A model generated the notes under the pieces. The model saw only the letters and a list, made by a program, of their open reading frames with translations, ran no database searches and was not told the origin of the DNA. DNA of 58,866 nt from Candidatus Thorarchaeota archaeon (GTDB taxonomy: Archaea > Asgardarchaeota > Thorarchaeia > Thorarchaeales > Thorarchaeaceae), in NCBI GenBank assembly GCA_003345595.1, contig PRDI01000050.1, positions 1 to 58,866 of the forward strand, read 5' to 3'. Of this stretch, positions 18,901 through 28,816 are shown piece by piece (within the stretch, counting starts at the first letter, position 1; each line of letters starts with the position of its first letter). The position numbers and the translations under genes are program-made.

Positions 18901-20669
18901 ATTTCGTCTGCACCGTGATCTTCTGGGAGGAAGCGACTGCCGCTGAGATTGGCATTGTGACGGACGACGTCTACACATACAACTTCACTCTGACAGTGCC
19001 AAGCAATGCCGAGGCTGGTATCCACCAAGGTTTCATATCCGTCAACAGCGGAGATCTGCGCATACCCTACAGCTACAACGTTGTGGCTGACATCGCAGCT
19101 GCTGAGACTGTCGTCAACACGATCGTTCAAGGCCACGGTGCTGAACTCAGCCCGTACGACAGTGCGATGTACGGATGCATGGGCTTTGACACAGGCGTGT
19201 GGGATTACAGGAGCTACGTAATCCAGAACACCCACGCGACCGCAAAGTACCTAGGTATCCGTGTCATCTGGGCTGGCAAGGGCAATGACATGTACGTTGC
19301 TCTGTACACGAGAAACAACTCGCTAGTCGTTGAGGGTGCAATGTCAACATCCACGACCACAGCTCTGATTGCAACCCTGCCAACTGTCAACACAGGTTAC
19401 TTCTACATGTTGATGTACCCGCAAGCTTTGAACGGTACAGCAGGACTGCCAGTAGAATACACCATTCAGATCATGTGGTACACGACCATTCCTGGCATCC
19501 CAAGCGAACTACAGTTCTCGTGGACGGCCAATGATTCGCCAACACCAGCTGCCGTCACCCCACCTGCCACTCTTGTGGGCGATCACGTTGTGCTGAATGG
19601 GACATACCCAGTGTTTGCTTTGACCAACATGCCTGAGTATGAGGTCAATGGTGTCACTATCTCCTTCCTGTCAGGCCTGTACGTCACTAAGACTGGACCA
19701 CTTGTGGTTCCACCATCTAGCTACGACCCGTTCTCGGGACCTGTCGTTCTCGCCAACTTCGCTTGGTGCAGGATTGACGGAATCGTAGCGGGTGACAATG
19801 TCGGTGTGACAGTGGGCTTCTCGAACGGTGACTGTGACATCATGATGTGGTGGGCTGGCACGGACAACTCGACCTGGACCTACGCCAACAACCTGATGGG
19901 AGCCGTCATGGCCTCTGGCGCCAAGCCTGAGCATGGCCACTTCACAGCTGCCCAATCCGGATCCATAATGATAGGTATCTTCGACTATGATGGACAGACA
20001 GGTACCTACACTGCGACAGTCGACACCCGGGTTGGCGTGAATCACAGCCACACTGGCCGCACCGTGACCTACGACACATACCAGTTCCTGAAGAACGGGA
20101 CCTTCTCAGTGAAGATTTCCGCAACTACCCCGACGAACATGGCGTTCGAAGTGGAGTTGGGCAACCTTCGGTTTGAGAACTTCTTCGCTCCTAAGTTGAC
20201 TGGTATCGCTGTTGCAGGAGCGGGAGTGGTCAAGACCATCACATGGAACGCCACAGACAGGAACGCAGGTGACGATCTCTACTACGAGATCGCGTTCTCC
20301 TCTGACGGTGGATTGTCCTACCAGCTCCTTGCTGTCAACCTAACAGCAACCAACTACACTTGGAGCTCAGCAGGGTTCTTGGCAAGGAACACCTACAAGA
20401 TCAGAGTCGTTGTGTACGACAATGACCCCAATGTGGGCGTTGCAGCTCCGGGCTACTACTGGATGGGTCTGACTGACACCATCTACAGTGGAACCTTCTC
20501 AGCTGGTGACGTCACAACCACAACTACCACGTCGACAACGACAACAACCACAACAACGACAACAACAACGGTGGTGCCAACGATCGATCCGCTCTTGATC
20601 GGTTTGTTCGGCGGCATCGGTGTCGGTGTCGTGGTCATACTGATCCTGTTCCTAGTCAGGAAGAAGTAG
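15915..20669 (+). CDS. Large pyrolysin-like S8 serine protease, surface-anchored via Thr-rich linker and C-terminal TM helix
   Basis: Signal peptide; VGHVDTG / THGTATAAH / GTSQSAP triad with a ~270-aa insert between Asp and His; SAGN; many N-x-S/T sequons; poly-Thr, TM, RKK end. ATG 15915 preferred over GTG 15903. Confidence 0.92.
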   Translation: MNNKRMYLALFLAVTMGLSMFFLPMAPVTRTEVSTPPAFTPEEVEQIEDFYEQVNQPGFTPEVDALLTAWQSGEALDTRVVAVGGKPSVLIFGAPWVDIESIRQVVDLNWWVNLELFKVVKAVLPDAAALDLLLAIDGVSTVSADKAPISVNEGIVTPVAPVEEPGLDMTELRDVVGATGAVASLYTGAGVLVGHVDTGADFGQPDLQAAYSTDSYDPTGQGVIYTNMHGNTTNVANATKWLEDGNVLTFTNATGTYLNISLDIDPLCNYMALNILSPQYYVYSTSGSNATATTAARTFFAARIWKPVKVPAPSAIVGDYHWGFALQSRPTIAGGSARLFTPVLVYNDTITHQWTTAIDWDGAWVWSNFFNGGWRYNTWNFGYQSTRDKILAVLDNDFTDDIAQEVYTLSNPNIAHDYTGDGIDDYTIGSLCWVYDSTTNATGAMGAVVLPKQTVFHGFRTDGDAIAVYFDAGTHGTATAAHVAAAGIYNYYDVNNKTTFKMKGIAPGAKIMSAKAITSGADYGSYLWMCGFDYNQTTDAFYYTGNHRADLVTNSWGWITEPSSQFNYLTFTWEILSTPQYLSSSYPGVLHVFSAGNEGEGFMTIGPPGAATAVLTVAASTSNKWLQYLYGPDQDIEGIASFTSKGPDFDGYPKPDVLAPGAAAFSATPLWAPYWVPQWRPGSSSANYTLFSGTSQSAPVAAGCAALLIEALEARPFTWDPMDVKTIIQNTAEDMGYDPATQGFGRIDANAACDFAKNDVGVWSWNYDSYHTNAHLVDEAWSYWGIIPGIGATVNQTITKLSDAIVADGAIYFGAVLPDDVVTVHQTIFELLAGPVVTSPAWTTTALYMREAETHSFTGVTFAYNDTVMKGTEMYGFYNLRDMLTPAVYDAAFSAYTYVTVGVSFNATQVSGNEPWMFLYDWTDNDPNDLKPNLWNVTADLGDELTRLTSAQNPSNTNMMPFATNDASLAAALDGNMTLIIHDPTHDVKITNPGHNFVCTVIFWEEATAAEIGIVTDDVYTYNFTLTVPSNAEAGIHQGFISVNSGDLRIPYSYNVVADIAAAETVVNTIVQGHGAELSPYDSAMYGCMGFDTGVWDYRSYVIQNTHATAKYLGIRVIWAGKGNDMYVALYTRNNSLVVEGAMSTSTTTALIATLPTVNTGYFYMLMYPQALNGTAGLPVEYTIQIMWYTTIPGIPSELQFSWTANDSPTPAAVTPPATLVGDHVVLNGTYPVFALTNMPEYEVNGVTISFLSGLYVTKTGPLVVPPSSYDPFSGPVVLANFAWCRIDGIVAGDNVGVTVGFSNGDCDIMMWWAGTDNSTWTYANNLMGAVMASGAKPEHGHFTAAQSGSIMIGIFDYDGQTGTYTATVDTRVGVNHSHTGRTVTYDTYQFLKNGTFSVKISATTPTNMAFEVELGNLRFENFFAPKLTGIAVAGAGVVKTITWNATDRNAGDDLYYEIAFSSDGGLSYQLLAVNLTATNYTWSSAGFLARNTYKIRVVVYDNDPNVGVAAPGYYWMGLTDTIYSGTFSAGDVTTTTTTSTTTTTTTTTTTTVVPTIDPLLIGLFGGIGVGVVVILILFLVRKK
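20514..20570 (+). repeat. ACN trinucleotide run encoding poly-threonine linker
   Basis: acaaccacaactaccacgtcgacaacgacaacaaccacaacaacgacaacaacaacg encodes TTTTTTSTTTTTTTTTTTT. Confidence 0.9.
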
Positions 20670-20681
20670 TCTAGTACAACA

Positions 20682-20718
20682 TATGGGGACAGAAATGTCC
20701 CCATACCCCTCTTTTTTT
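20682..20718 (+). terminator. Hairpin plus T-tract transcription terminator
   Basis: Perfect 10-bp stem TATGGGGACA-GAAA-TGTCCCCATA starting 13 nt after the protease stop, followed by CCCCTC and T7. Confidence 0.8.
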
Positions 20719-20909
20719 CGGCCTACACGCACGGTATCGGGTTTCGTCTTACTGTTCAGTGTGCCCGTGAGTACAGGCCTCACCATGTTTGACAACATGG
20801 AAATTGATGCTCTCATCGGTGCGAGTGTCTGCTTGTGTCCATTCACGGTGCTATTCGGTTGTCTAGACGACTTCAGCTGGACAGTGCAGCCATCATACGC
20901 GCCACTGCG

Positions 20910-21902
20910 CTATCTGTGAATCAAGACTTCGGGGTTCACGATGTTGGGTGGTCTGTTTCCTCTTAACGCGAGGACTAGGTTCTCTGCACACATGACTGCC
21001 ATTTTCGATCTGGTCGCGAAGCTGGCGCTGCCTATGTGTGGCACGAGGACGACGTTAGGGAGCCTCAGAAGGGGACTCGTGGATGGCAACGGCTCGGTTG
21101 CGAAAACATCAAGCCCGGCCGCGTGAAGTCGGCCTGAAGAGAGGGCACTCACAAGTGCATTCTCGTCAACGACGGCACCGCGCGAAGTGTTTACGAACAC
21201 GGCTCCCTTCTTCATGCTTGCGAACTCTTCGGCACCAATCATGTTCTTCGTTTCGTTCGTCAAAGGAACGTGCACTGTAATAATATCTGACTCCCTCAAT
21301 AGACTCGCAAAGTCAGTTCTGGCAGCTCCGGTTTCCTTCTCAACACTTCTCGTGAAATCGTTTTCCTGTGTGTCAGAGTATAGTATCCTCATTCCGAATC
21401 CTTTAGCCCGCTGTGCTACTGCCGCTCCTATCCTTCCCATGCCCACTATCCCAAGCGTCGCTGAGTAGATGTCAATGCCGAGCATCAGCATTGGTCCCCA
21501 TGCAACATGCCATAGACCTGCGCGAACATATCGATCAGCCTCTGCAATTCTTCTCGATGCAGCCATGATCAATGCCCAAGCTAGGTCTGCGGTGGTCTCA
21601 GTCAGCACTCCAGGGGTGTTCGTCACAATCACTCCTCTTTTGGTCGCAGTTGTGACATCTATGTTGTCGAAGCCCACGGCGTATTGAGCTATTACCCTCA
21701 GTTTCGGTAACGAGCCGATGACCGACTCATCAATCTTGTCTGAGAGCAGGCTGACGAGAGCTGAACACCGCTTGGCGCGTGCGACCATTTCCTCAGAGGA
21801 CGGCGGCATGTCTGCACTCCAGACCGAAGTTCTAAAGTTCCTCTTGATTATGTCTAATCCCTCATCTGGTATCAGCCTTGTCACGAACACACTGTCGGTC
21901 AT
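20910..21902 (-). CDS. gyaR: Glyoxylate reductase / D-2-hydroxyacid dehydrogenase
   Basis: AQYAVGFDNID, NTPGVLTETTAD, GMGRIG, NTSRG, LDVF..EP, PHIGSAS. ATG 21902 chosen (ORF extends to 21935). Confidence 0.92.
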   Translation of the reverse strand: MTDSVFVTRLIPDEGLDIIKRNFRTSVWSADMPPSSEEMVARAKRCSALVSLLSDKIDESVIGSLPKLRVIAQYAVGFDNIDVTTATKRGVIVTNTPGVLTETTADLAWALIMAASRRIAEADRYVRAGLWHVAWGPMLMLGIDIYSATLGIVGMGRIGAAVAQRAKGFGMRILYSDTQENDFTRSVEKETGAARTDFASLLRESDIITVHVPLTNETKNMIGAEEFASMKKGAVFVNTSRGAVVDENALVSALSSGRLHAAGLDVFATEPLPSTSPLLRLPNVVLVPHIGSASFATRSKMAVMCAENLVLALRGNRPPNIVNPEVLIHR

Positions 21903-22122
21903 CGATGCCACTTCTCTTTCGCTGCGCTGGTCCATCTATCGTCTGTACCCTCTCTTCAATGATGCTGTGTGAAGTTAGTCGGCCGTCTTCCAAGCCACTT
22001 CAGGACCAGTTCGCACCACGATGGATACCTTCCTTCTAACTGCGGAGAAGAGATGCCTTATATTTGACTGGGAAAAAGCCATATAACGGGTTTGCATCTG
22101 AGTCCGTTCAGATGCAGCCGAG

Positions 22123-22404
22123 GTGAACAAGACGAGTTTCACGATGGAACTACCGCGAAGCGCGATAATCGTCCTTGACCGTCTTACACACGAAGGACCG
22201 ATGACACCTAAGGGAATCAGTCAGAAGGTGGACCTAGCGCCTCGGACTGTGTCATTCGCCCTGAGGAAGCTCATGGGACAGAGGCTATGCCGCAAGATTC
22301 CGAACCTACATGACATGCGACAGCCCTTCTACATTGCTGACGTTGAGCGCGCTAAAGAGCTCAGGATACGATACGAGCATGTTTTCCGCCAGGTTCTGGT
22401 GTGA
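22123..22404 (+). CDS. Small winged-helix (MarR/ArsR-like) transcriptional regulator
   Basis: LPRSAIIVLDRL..EGPMTPKGISQKVDLAPRTVSFALRKL....L..KIPNLHDMRQ..Y, a typical archaeal wHTH. Confidence 0.82.
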   Translation: MNKTSFTMELPRSAIIVLDRLTHEGPMTPKGISQKVDLAPRTVSFALRKLMGQRLCRKIPNLHDMRQPFYIADVERAKELRIRYEHVFRQVLV

Positions 22405-22548
22405 AACTGCTACATGCCTGTCGAGCACTTTCACATTCTAGTGCAGGTGTTCGAGACTCCGACGATATCACTTCTGGTCAGAGCTACGCCCAACAGGGGA
22501 ATATAGGCGTGAATTCTCGGATCGTACTACTTGCTTGTCTTGCTGTTT

Positions 22549-23514
22549 TCATGGGTAAATGATGCTGACCAGCTTGCAGAATGTGGCCGCCGAAACCAGG
22601 TCTGCCGTCGTTCCAGGATTCAGTCTATTGCCGTCCTTTCTGAGCATCTTGTCAAATTGCCGGAGCAGCTCTCCCGGGCGAGATTCGCCGCCCTTTTCAT
22701 CCAGAACTCTCTTTGCCATGGTTCTCACCTGCTCTGCCTTCTCGGTGCCCGCCTTCTTGGCTATTAGCCCGTCTGGCCGCCTCGAAAGCAGCCAAAGGAA
22801 GGTTTCGACTATGGCCTCCTCAATGTCCTCAAGTCCATGACTGAGAGAATCGAGATGGGGAAACACCTCGTTGAGTGTGAGTCTGAAGTGTTCTGCCCAT
22901 TCCCTGCTTATGACATCAACGTCTGCAGAAGCACGGAACAGATCATAGAGCGTTATCCGATCCTTTCTGATGTTGTGATACACTTCGGGGTTGTCGATGT
23001 CATACCTGTCTTGTTTCTCGGTCCAAGCCGGGCCTTCCTTGTTCATGCTTCCACCGGGCCGTGCAAGGTGAAATGCTCGATAGACGTCTATGGTGTCCTC
23101 TACAGATGTGTTTCTCAGAATCGGTTCAATCCACGTCTTTGCAGTCTTGAGAGTGAAGCTGCCATCCGACTGGACAGTGGCAGCTAGGGCGACGACAAGC
23201 GGAGCTTGGAGGAGTATAGTTCCGAGGATTGTGTTCCTTCTGCTCAGCCCCGTGAAGACGTCATCTGCACACTTCAGAATCACCCGACCGATTCTGACTC
23301 TCTCAAAACCCATCTGGCCTTTGGCCAGTCTGACTCCCACTTGTGCTCCAGCATACAGCCCCCTACCGACTAGGCATGCGCTAGCAACGAAATGGCGGTA
23401 GCCCGTGTCAGAGAATCTTCTCAGTCTGTTGACATTACCTGGTTTTGGTGAGCTTGCCTCCATCAAAACTGAGAGCTGGCCCATGCTTGCCAGAGTCCAA
23501 GATAGTTCCTTCAT
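22549..23514 (-). CDS. citG: Triphosphoribosyl-dephospho-CoA synthase (CitG family)
   Basis: EASSPKPGNV, NTILG, DGLIAKKAG and LNPGTTADL motifs. Confidence 0.88.
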   Translation of the reverse strand: MKELSWTLASMGQLSVLMEASSPKPGNVNRLRRFSDTGYRHFVASACLVGRGLYAGAQVGVRLAKGQMGFERVRIGRVILKCADDVFTGLSRRNTILGTILLQAPLVVALAATVQSDGSFTLKTAKTWIEPILRNTSVEDTIDVYRAFHLARPGGSMNKEGPAWTEKQDRYDIDNPEVYHNIRKDRITLYDLFRASADVDVISREWAEHFRLTLNEVFPHLDSLSHGLEDIEEAIVETFLWLLSRRPDGLIAKKAGTEKAEQVRTMAKRVLDEKGGESRPGELLRQFDKMLRKDGNRLNPGTTADLVSAATFCKLVSIIYP

Positions 23515-23618
23515 CTTGTATGTCGGTACTGTCGGTCGTTTAAGGATTTCACGCTGTACTGATGCAGTGCCTTGTTTACTCGGATTCGACGAGATGGCAC
23601 AGGACGAATGACTGCTGT

Positions 23619-24377
23619 CTATAGCCCGATCACCTTGGGAACGACTTCGGTAGCCCGCCCTCTTATTACGATATCAGCCGGAATAGGCGTTTCGTCAAGC
23701 GTTACTAGTACAACTTTCGCCCCTGACTTCTTTGCCAGTTCGGGTAGATAAGCTGCTGGGTAGATCTCAAGGCTTGTTCCAATCACTAGCATCAGATCCG
23801 TGCTGCGGCACAGACTCACTGCCTTCATCATGGCGTCTTGGGGGAGGGGTTCACCGAACAGGACTGCCTCTGATTTGAGAACTCCATGGCATTCGTCGCA
23901 CCGGGGGGGTATCTCTCCGTTTGCGACACGCCTGTGCACGGTTTCGCCAACATAGAGCTTTCCACATTCTATGCAGTATGTCCTAAGGTAGTTACCGTGT
24001 AGCTCAATCACGTTCTTGCTGCCTGCGGCTTGGTGAAGGTTGTCTATGTTCTGCGTTATTACACCCTTCAATCTCCCTTCTTCTTCAAGCTTCGCGAGCG
24101 ACTTGTGAGCAGCGTTTGGTCTGGCCGCCAGCAGTACTGCTGCAAGCTCTCGCCCCATAGTCCAGAACAGTGCGGGGTTCTTGAGGAAGCTGTCATACGT
24201 GGCATACTCATGAGGGTCGTATTTCCTCCATAGCCCACCCTCAGAACGGAAGTCGGGTATGCCGGAGTCAACACTTATTCCTGCTCCAGTAAGAGCTGAG
24301 ATTCTAGTGGCTCTAGCGACTAGTTCTGTCGCCATCCGGATGCTGCTTCGTACGGGCACACCTAGGCGGGCTAGCAT
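23619..24377 (-). CDS. cobB: NAD-dependent protein deacylase (Sir2 family)
   Basis: GAGISVDSGIPDFR, TQNIDNLH, HG, CxxC...CxxC Zn ribbon, GTSL. Start could be a downstream Met. Confidence 0.93.
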   Translation of the reverse strand: MLARLGVPVRSSIRMATELVARATRISALTGAGISVDSGIPDFRSEGGLWRKYDPHEYATYDSFLKNPALFWTMGRELAAVLLAARPNAAHKSLAKLEEEGRLKGVITQNIDNLHQAAGSKNVIELHGNYLRTYCIECGKLYVGETVHRRVANGEIPPRCDECHGVLKSEAVLFGEPLPQDAMMKAVSLCRSTDLMLVIGTSLEIYPAAYLPELAKKSGAKVVLVTLDETPIPADIVIRGRATEVVPKVIGL

Positions 24378-24633
24378 CCGGTAAGATGTCGTTTTCGGTA
24401 GGAGTCACTTCCTGTGTACGCCACGGCTGGCGCCACTTTCTCATGCTTTCCGCACGCAAGGGTGTGCGGAATGGTTCCGCTGGGTGTTCATGCCATGACG
24501 AAAGCTTTTTCTTCTGAAAGCTGACTCTGCGCTGAAGAGTCACCTAGGGGTTCAGTTCCTCAATCTCAGCACCCCCACCGAGTTCAGGTCTCGGGAATCT
24601 TCTGTACAGTCGGTTAGGCAGACCTGTCTATAG

Positions 24634-25260
24634 ATGGGCAGAGTGGCTCCTATGCGCAAGAAAGGTAAGAGAGATCCGGAGATGGGAGCAGCCTCGGAGC
24701 GGAGCAGCGACAGCAGTGATGCGTCAGCTTTCGACGTCGTCACCGAAGATGCTCTCGAAACCGAGAAGCTGAGAGCTGAGGATTTCTTTCAGAGGCTGCA
24801 GCGAGTGCAAGCTGAGTTCGATAACTACAGGAAACGAACTGAGAGCAGATACGCCGAGTTCACTAAGTATGCCAGCGAAGGCATTCTGTTGCGGGTCCTC
24901 GAAATAAACGATGACCTCGAGCGTGCACTAGAGGTGGACTTCACAAAGGACCCGGAGGCTGCCAAGAATGGGCTGGCGGGGATACAGGAGAACGTGCTGA
25001 AACTTCTTGCACATGAAGGAGTACAGCCGATTGATGCTGTTGGCAAGCCCTTCGATCCCTACTATCAGCATGCGGTCCATCGCACGAATGATCCGGCAAA
25101 ACCAGATAACATGGTAGTAGAGGAATTCCAAAGAGGTTACATGCTTAGGGAGAAGGTGCTCCGGCCTGCACTGGTGTGCGTTAACCGGCACGAAAGAACG
25201 CCTGAGGAAGATATGGATGCCGCAGGTAGCGACACTCATGTGGACAATGGAGGCAACTAG
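24634..25260 (+). CDS. grpE: Nucleotide exchange factor GrpE
   Basis: [35 protein letters not shown]; directly upstream of dnaK. Exact start uncertain. Confidence 0.93.
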   Translation: MGRVAPMRKKGKRDPEMGAASERSSDSSDASAFDVVTEDALETEKLRAEDFFQRLQRVQAEFDNYRKRTESRYAEFTKYASEGILLRVLEINDDLERALEVDFTKDPEAAKNGLAGIQENVLKLLAHEGVQPIDAVGKPFDPYYQHAVHRTNDPAKPDNMVVEEFQRGYMLREKVLRPALVCVNRHERTPEEDMDAAGSDTHVDNGGN

Positions 25261-25262
25261 AC

Positions 25263-27170
25263 ATGGCTAAGGTAGTTGGTATAGATCTTGGAACTACTAA
25301 CACACGTATCGCTTATGTTGAGGGCGGCAAGCCCACAATGATTCCGAATGCAGAAGGCAGGAATCTCACGCCTTCTGTGGTGGGTATAACACCGAAAGGC
25401 GAGGTAGTCGTTGGAGAACTGGCTAAGAGACAGTCTGTGTCCATGCCAGACCGTACAGTGAGGTCAATCAAGCGCAAGATGGGCCAAGACTACAAAGTGA
25501 AGATCGGTGACAAGGAATACAGTCCACAGGAGATCTCCGCAATGATTCTTCGGAAGGTCAAAGCCGATGCGGAGGCGTTCTTGGGGGAGAAGATCACACA
25601 GGCCGTGATTACCACACCGGCCTATTTCAACGATAGTCAGAGACAAGCGACCAAGGATGCAGGCAAGATTGCAGGGCTTGAGGTTCTAAGGATTATCAAC
25701 GAGCCGACTGCATCGGCACTCGCGTATGGCCTGGACAAGGGCAAGGAAATGAAGGTGCTCGTGTATGACCTAGGTGGTGGCACGTTCGATGTGTCGATTC
25801 TGGACATAGGCGAGAATGTCTACGAGGTCCTCTCGACAAACGGCAACACACACTTGGGTGGGGATGATTTCGATCAGAGAGTCATCGACTGGGTGGTTTC
25901 AGAGTTCAAGAGACAGAACGGTATTGACCTCTCCAAGGACCTATCTGCAGTGCAGCGTATCCGAGATGCATCTGAGCAAGCAAAGATTGAGCTCAGCACT
26001 GTCATGCAGACAACTGTCAACCTGCCTTACATCACAGCGGACTCCTCCGGGCCAAAGAACATCAACATTGAACTGACCCGGTCCAAGTTCGAGCAGCTCA
26101 CTGACGACCTCATACAAGCAACGATCGGACCGATCCAGCGGGCCCTGTCTGACGCCAAGCTTGAGCCTGAGCGGATTGACAAGATTCTGCTTGTGGGCGG
26201 CGCCACTCGCATGCCGCAAGTTCAGAAGGTCATTAGAGATATGTTTGGGAAACAGGGCGACAAGACAATCAACCCTGATGAGTGCGTTGCGATGGGTGCA
26301 GCGGCACAGGCTGGTGTGCTTACAGGTGAGGTCAAGGACATCCTTCTGCTAGATGTGACCCCGCTCACCCTGAGTGTGGAAACCCTTGGTGGTGTGGCCA
26401 CTCCGTTGATTGAGCGCAACACAACCGTCCCCACTAGGAAGAGCAGAGTGTTCACTACCGCGGCAGACGGCCAAACTGCCGTCGAGATACACGTTGTGCA
26501 AGGCGAACGACCCATGGCGAGAGACAACATGACTCTGGGTACGTTCCAGCTGGTGGGCATTCCTCCCGCCCCTCGAGGTACTCCTCAGATTGAAGTGGCG
26601 TTCGACATCGATGCTAATGGAATAACGCATGTAACCGCCAAGGATCTTGCCACCGGGAACAAGCAGTCAATTACGATTACGGCGACGACCAATCTCTCTG
26701 ACAGTGAGGTCCAGAGGATGGTGAAGGACGCGGATAGGTACTCGCAGGAGGACATGAAGCGGAAGACGCAGGTCGAAGCTAAGAACAACGCTGACCAGAT
26801 GATCTACCAAGGCGAGAAACTACTGAAGGATTTCGCCGACAAGATCCCTGATGAGCTGAAGAAGGAATTCCAGACCAAGTCCGAGGCGCTGAAGAAGGCA
26901 ATGGGAGCTGATGACTTCGAGAAGATAAAGGCCGAAACCGAGGCTCTGCAACAGGTTATCTTCAAGATTAGCGAGAAGCTCTATGCTGCTGGTGGACCCG
27001 GCGGACCCGCCGGACCTGGTCCTCAAGGACCTGAAGGACCAAGTTACGGAGCTCCAACCGGCGGCGCAGGCGGTAGGCGTCCGAAGAAGCCGAAGCCTCC
27101 ACCGAGCAAGAAGCCCTCCGACGAGGACGAAGAGGCCGTCGACGTGGACTTTGAGGATTTAGGAAGCTAG
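25263..27170 (+). CDS. dnaK: Chaperone DnaK (Hsp70)
   Basis: [30 protein letters not shown] and PAPRG motifs. Confidence 0.98.
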   Translation: MAKVVGIDLGTTNTRIAYVEGGKPTMIPNAEGRNLTPSVVGITPKGEVVVGELAKRQSVSMPDRTVRSIKRKMGQDYKVKIGDKEYSPQEISAMILRKVKADAEAFLGEKITQAVITTPAYFNDSQRQATKDAGKIAGLEVLRIINEPTASALAYGLDKGKEMKVLVYDLGGGTFDVSILDIGENVYEVLSTNGNTHLGGDDFDQRVIDWVVSEFKRQNGIDLSKDLSAVQRIRDASEQAKIELSTVMQTTVNLPYITADSSGPKNINIELTRSKFEQLTDDLIQATIGPIQRALSDAKLEPERIDKILLVGGATRMPQVQKVIRDMFGKQGDKTINPDECVAMGAAAQAGVLTGEVKDILLLDVTPLTLSVETLGGVATPLIERNTTVPTRKSRVFTTAADGQTAVEIHVVQGERPMARDNMTLGTFQLVGIPPAPRGTPQIEVAFDIDANGITHVTAKDLATGNKQSITITATTNLSDSEVQRMVKDADRYSQEDMKRKTQVEAKNNADQMIYQGEKLLKDFADKIPDELKKEFQTKSEALKKAMGADDFEKIKAETEALQQVIFKISEKLYAAGGPGGPAGPGPQGPEGPSYGAPTGGAGGRRPKKPKPPPSKKPSDEDEEAVDVDFEDLGS

Positions 27171-27194
27171 TCGTATTAGCGAAGGTGACCATCG

Positions 27195-28250
27195 ACGTCC
27201 GAGCCTGATGACTACTATGCCGTCCTAGGAGTGAGCAGGTCCGCTTCCGAAGAGGAAATCAAGAAGGCATACAGGCATTTGGCTAAAGAGTATCATCCTG
27301 ACCTGCATCCGGGTGACAAGGCCGCTGAGGAGAAGTTCAAAAAGATCAACGAGGCCTACGAGGTCCTAAGCGACTCTGACAAACGTGCGAACTATGATAG
27401 GTATGGCACAGCAGACGCCAGTGGAATACGCTGGGACGCGGAATCCGGATTTGGAGACATTTTCAGTCAGATATTTCGGGACTTCTCAGGTTTTGGATTC
27501 GGCGATATGGGTGGTGGGGGACGCGCAGGCCCTCCACCTGGTGACAATCTTCGGGTCACAATCAAGCTGACATTCGAAGAGGCCTTCTTTGGCTCCGAGA
27601 AGGAGATTGCATTCCAGCGACTTGTGAAATGTGACACATGTGGAGGCTCGGGCGCCAAGCCTGGCTCAAGTCCCATCCGGTGCAAAACGTGCGGCGGACG
27701 CGGTCAGGTGGTCCGGTCCATGGGAGGATTCATGACGATAGCCCAAACGTGTCCCACATGTGGAGGCAGAGGCGAGTCTATAGGGTTTCCATGTTCCAAG
27801 TGCCGAGGCTCTGGTGTCATGAAAGAGAGAAGAGAGATCAAGATACCTGCGCCTGCAGGAGTGGAGGACGGAATGTACCAACGCATACGAGGAGGCGGAA
27901 ACTCTGGGCAGAGGGGTGGGCCGTATGGGGATCTCATTGTCGTATATGCGGTCGAAGCCGACCACAAGTTCAAGCGACGCGGTCTCCATATATATTCGGA
28001 AATGAGCATCCCCTTTCATATTGCAGTCCTCGGCGGCGAGGTCGAAGTGCCGACCATGTACGGTGTCAGTAAAATGAAAGTTGGAAAGGGCACGGAGTCG
28101 GGCAGCCTATTCCGTCTCAGAGAGAAAGGTGTTCATGCGGCGGATGGCAGGAAGGGTGACCAGCTCGTCCGCGTCAACATCAACGTGCCGAAGAGTCTCA
28201 CAAAGGAGCAACAGGAATACCTTCGGCGTTTCGAAGAAGTCTTCAGTTAG
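27195..28250 (+). CDS. dnaJ: Chaperone DnaJ (type I)
   Basis: J domain with HPD, G/F region, four CxxCxGxG repeats. The conserved DYYAVLGV start of the J domain lies upstream of the called GTG (27231); the only plausible initiator after the in-frame TGA at 27186 is ACG at 27195, behind AAGGTGA. Confidence 0.93.
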   Translation, partial: TSEPDDYYAVLGVSRSASEEEIKKAYRHLAKEYHPDLHPGDKAAEEKFKKINEAYEVLSDSDKRANYDRYGTADASGIRWDAESGFGDIFSQIFRDFSGFGFGDMGGGGRAGPPPGDNLRVTIKLTFEEAFFGSEKEIAFQRLVKCDTCGGSGAKPGSSPIRCKTCGGRGQVVRSMGGFMTIAQTCPTCGGRGESIGFPCSKCRGSGVMKERREIKIPAPAGVEDGMYQRIRGGGNSGQRGGPYGDLIVVYAVEADHKFKRRGLHIYSEMSIPFHIAVLGGEVEVPTMYGVSKMKVGKGTESGSLFRLREKGVHAADGRKGDQLVRVNINVPKSLTKEQQEYLRRFEEVFS

Positions 28251-28816
28251 AACTGAGCCGGCTTGCATAGGCACGCTCTCATCTTGAGGTCAGGGAAGCT
28301 GCTTGTGTTGACAGGGCGTACGATCCATGCTGTGTCCGCCCCTCTGCCAGTGCCTCCTATACAGATGACATCATTGTCTGTTGGAACGAGACCCGCATCC
28401 GCAGCCATCATGGCAATCTCAGCGCAGACCTTTGTTCCTTGGCCGAAGGTCCGATAGGCGACAGCGAGCAGTTCGCTGATTTCCCAGGTGCCCAGAGCTT
28501 TTCTTATACCTCTGGCGACTCCTGCGAAAGCATGAGTTGTAGTGAGCACTTGGCCGCCTAGACGCTCAATCTGTTTTCTCTTGTCCTCTCCGAGTTCGTT
28601 CTCATTTGGAGCGGCGAAGCCGGCTTGATGGGACACAGCGACTACTTTCTTTCCCTTTAGTGCCTGTGCGACTGCTATACCGGTGTCTCCCTTGGTGGTA
28701 GCCACTAAGACGTAGTCAATACCCGGATTGCTCTCCAGAAACTCACGCACGATAGATACTACTTCCGACGTGTGTTCAGATGACACTTGATCAAAGTACG
28801 TTGTACGGATATGCAT
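28247..28816 (-). CDS. Pyruvate kinase C-terminal (alpha/beta) domain-like protein (MTH1675-like)
   Basis: [43 protein letters not shown] and [10 protein letters not shown] motifs. Confidence 0.85.
   Translation of the reverse strand: MHIRTTYFDQVSSEHTSEVVSIVREFLESNPGIDYVLVATTKGDTGIAVAQALKGKKVVAVSHQAGFAAPNENELGEDKRKQIERLGGQVLTTTHAFAGVARGIRKALGTWEISELLAVAYRTFGQGTKVCAEIAMMAADAGLVPTDNDVICIGGTGRGADTAWIVRPVNTSSFPDLKMRACLCKPAQF

Noticed and set aside
20514-20570. ACA/ACG repeat as a contingency microsatellite or CRISPR
   Set aside because: Mixed synonymous Thr codons show protein-level selection for a Thr linker, common in archaeal surface proteins.
24560-24600. CIRCE element upstream of grpE (TCAGCACCC resembles the left arm)
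   Set aside because: No matching right arm (GAGTGCTAA) at 9-nt spacing, and no hrcA in the window.
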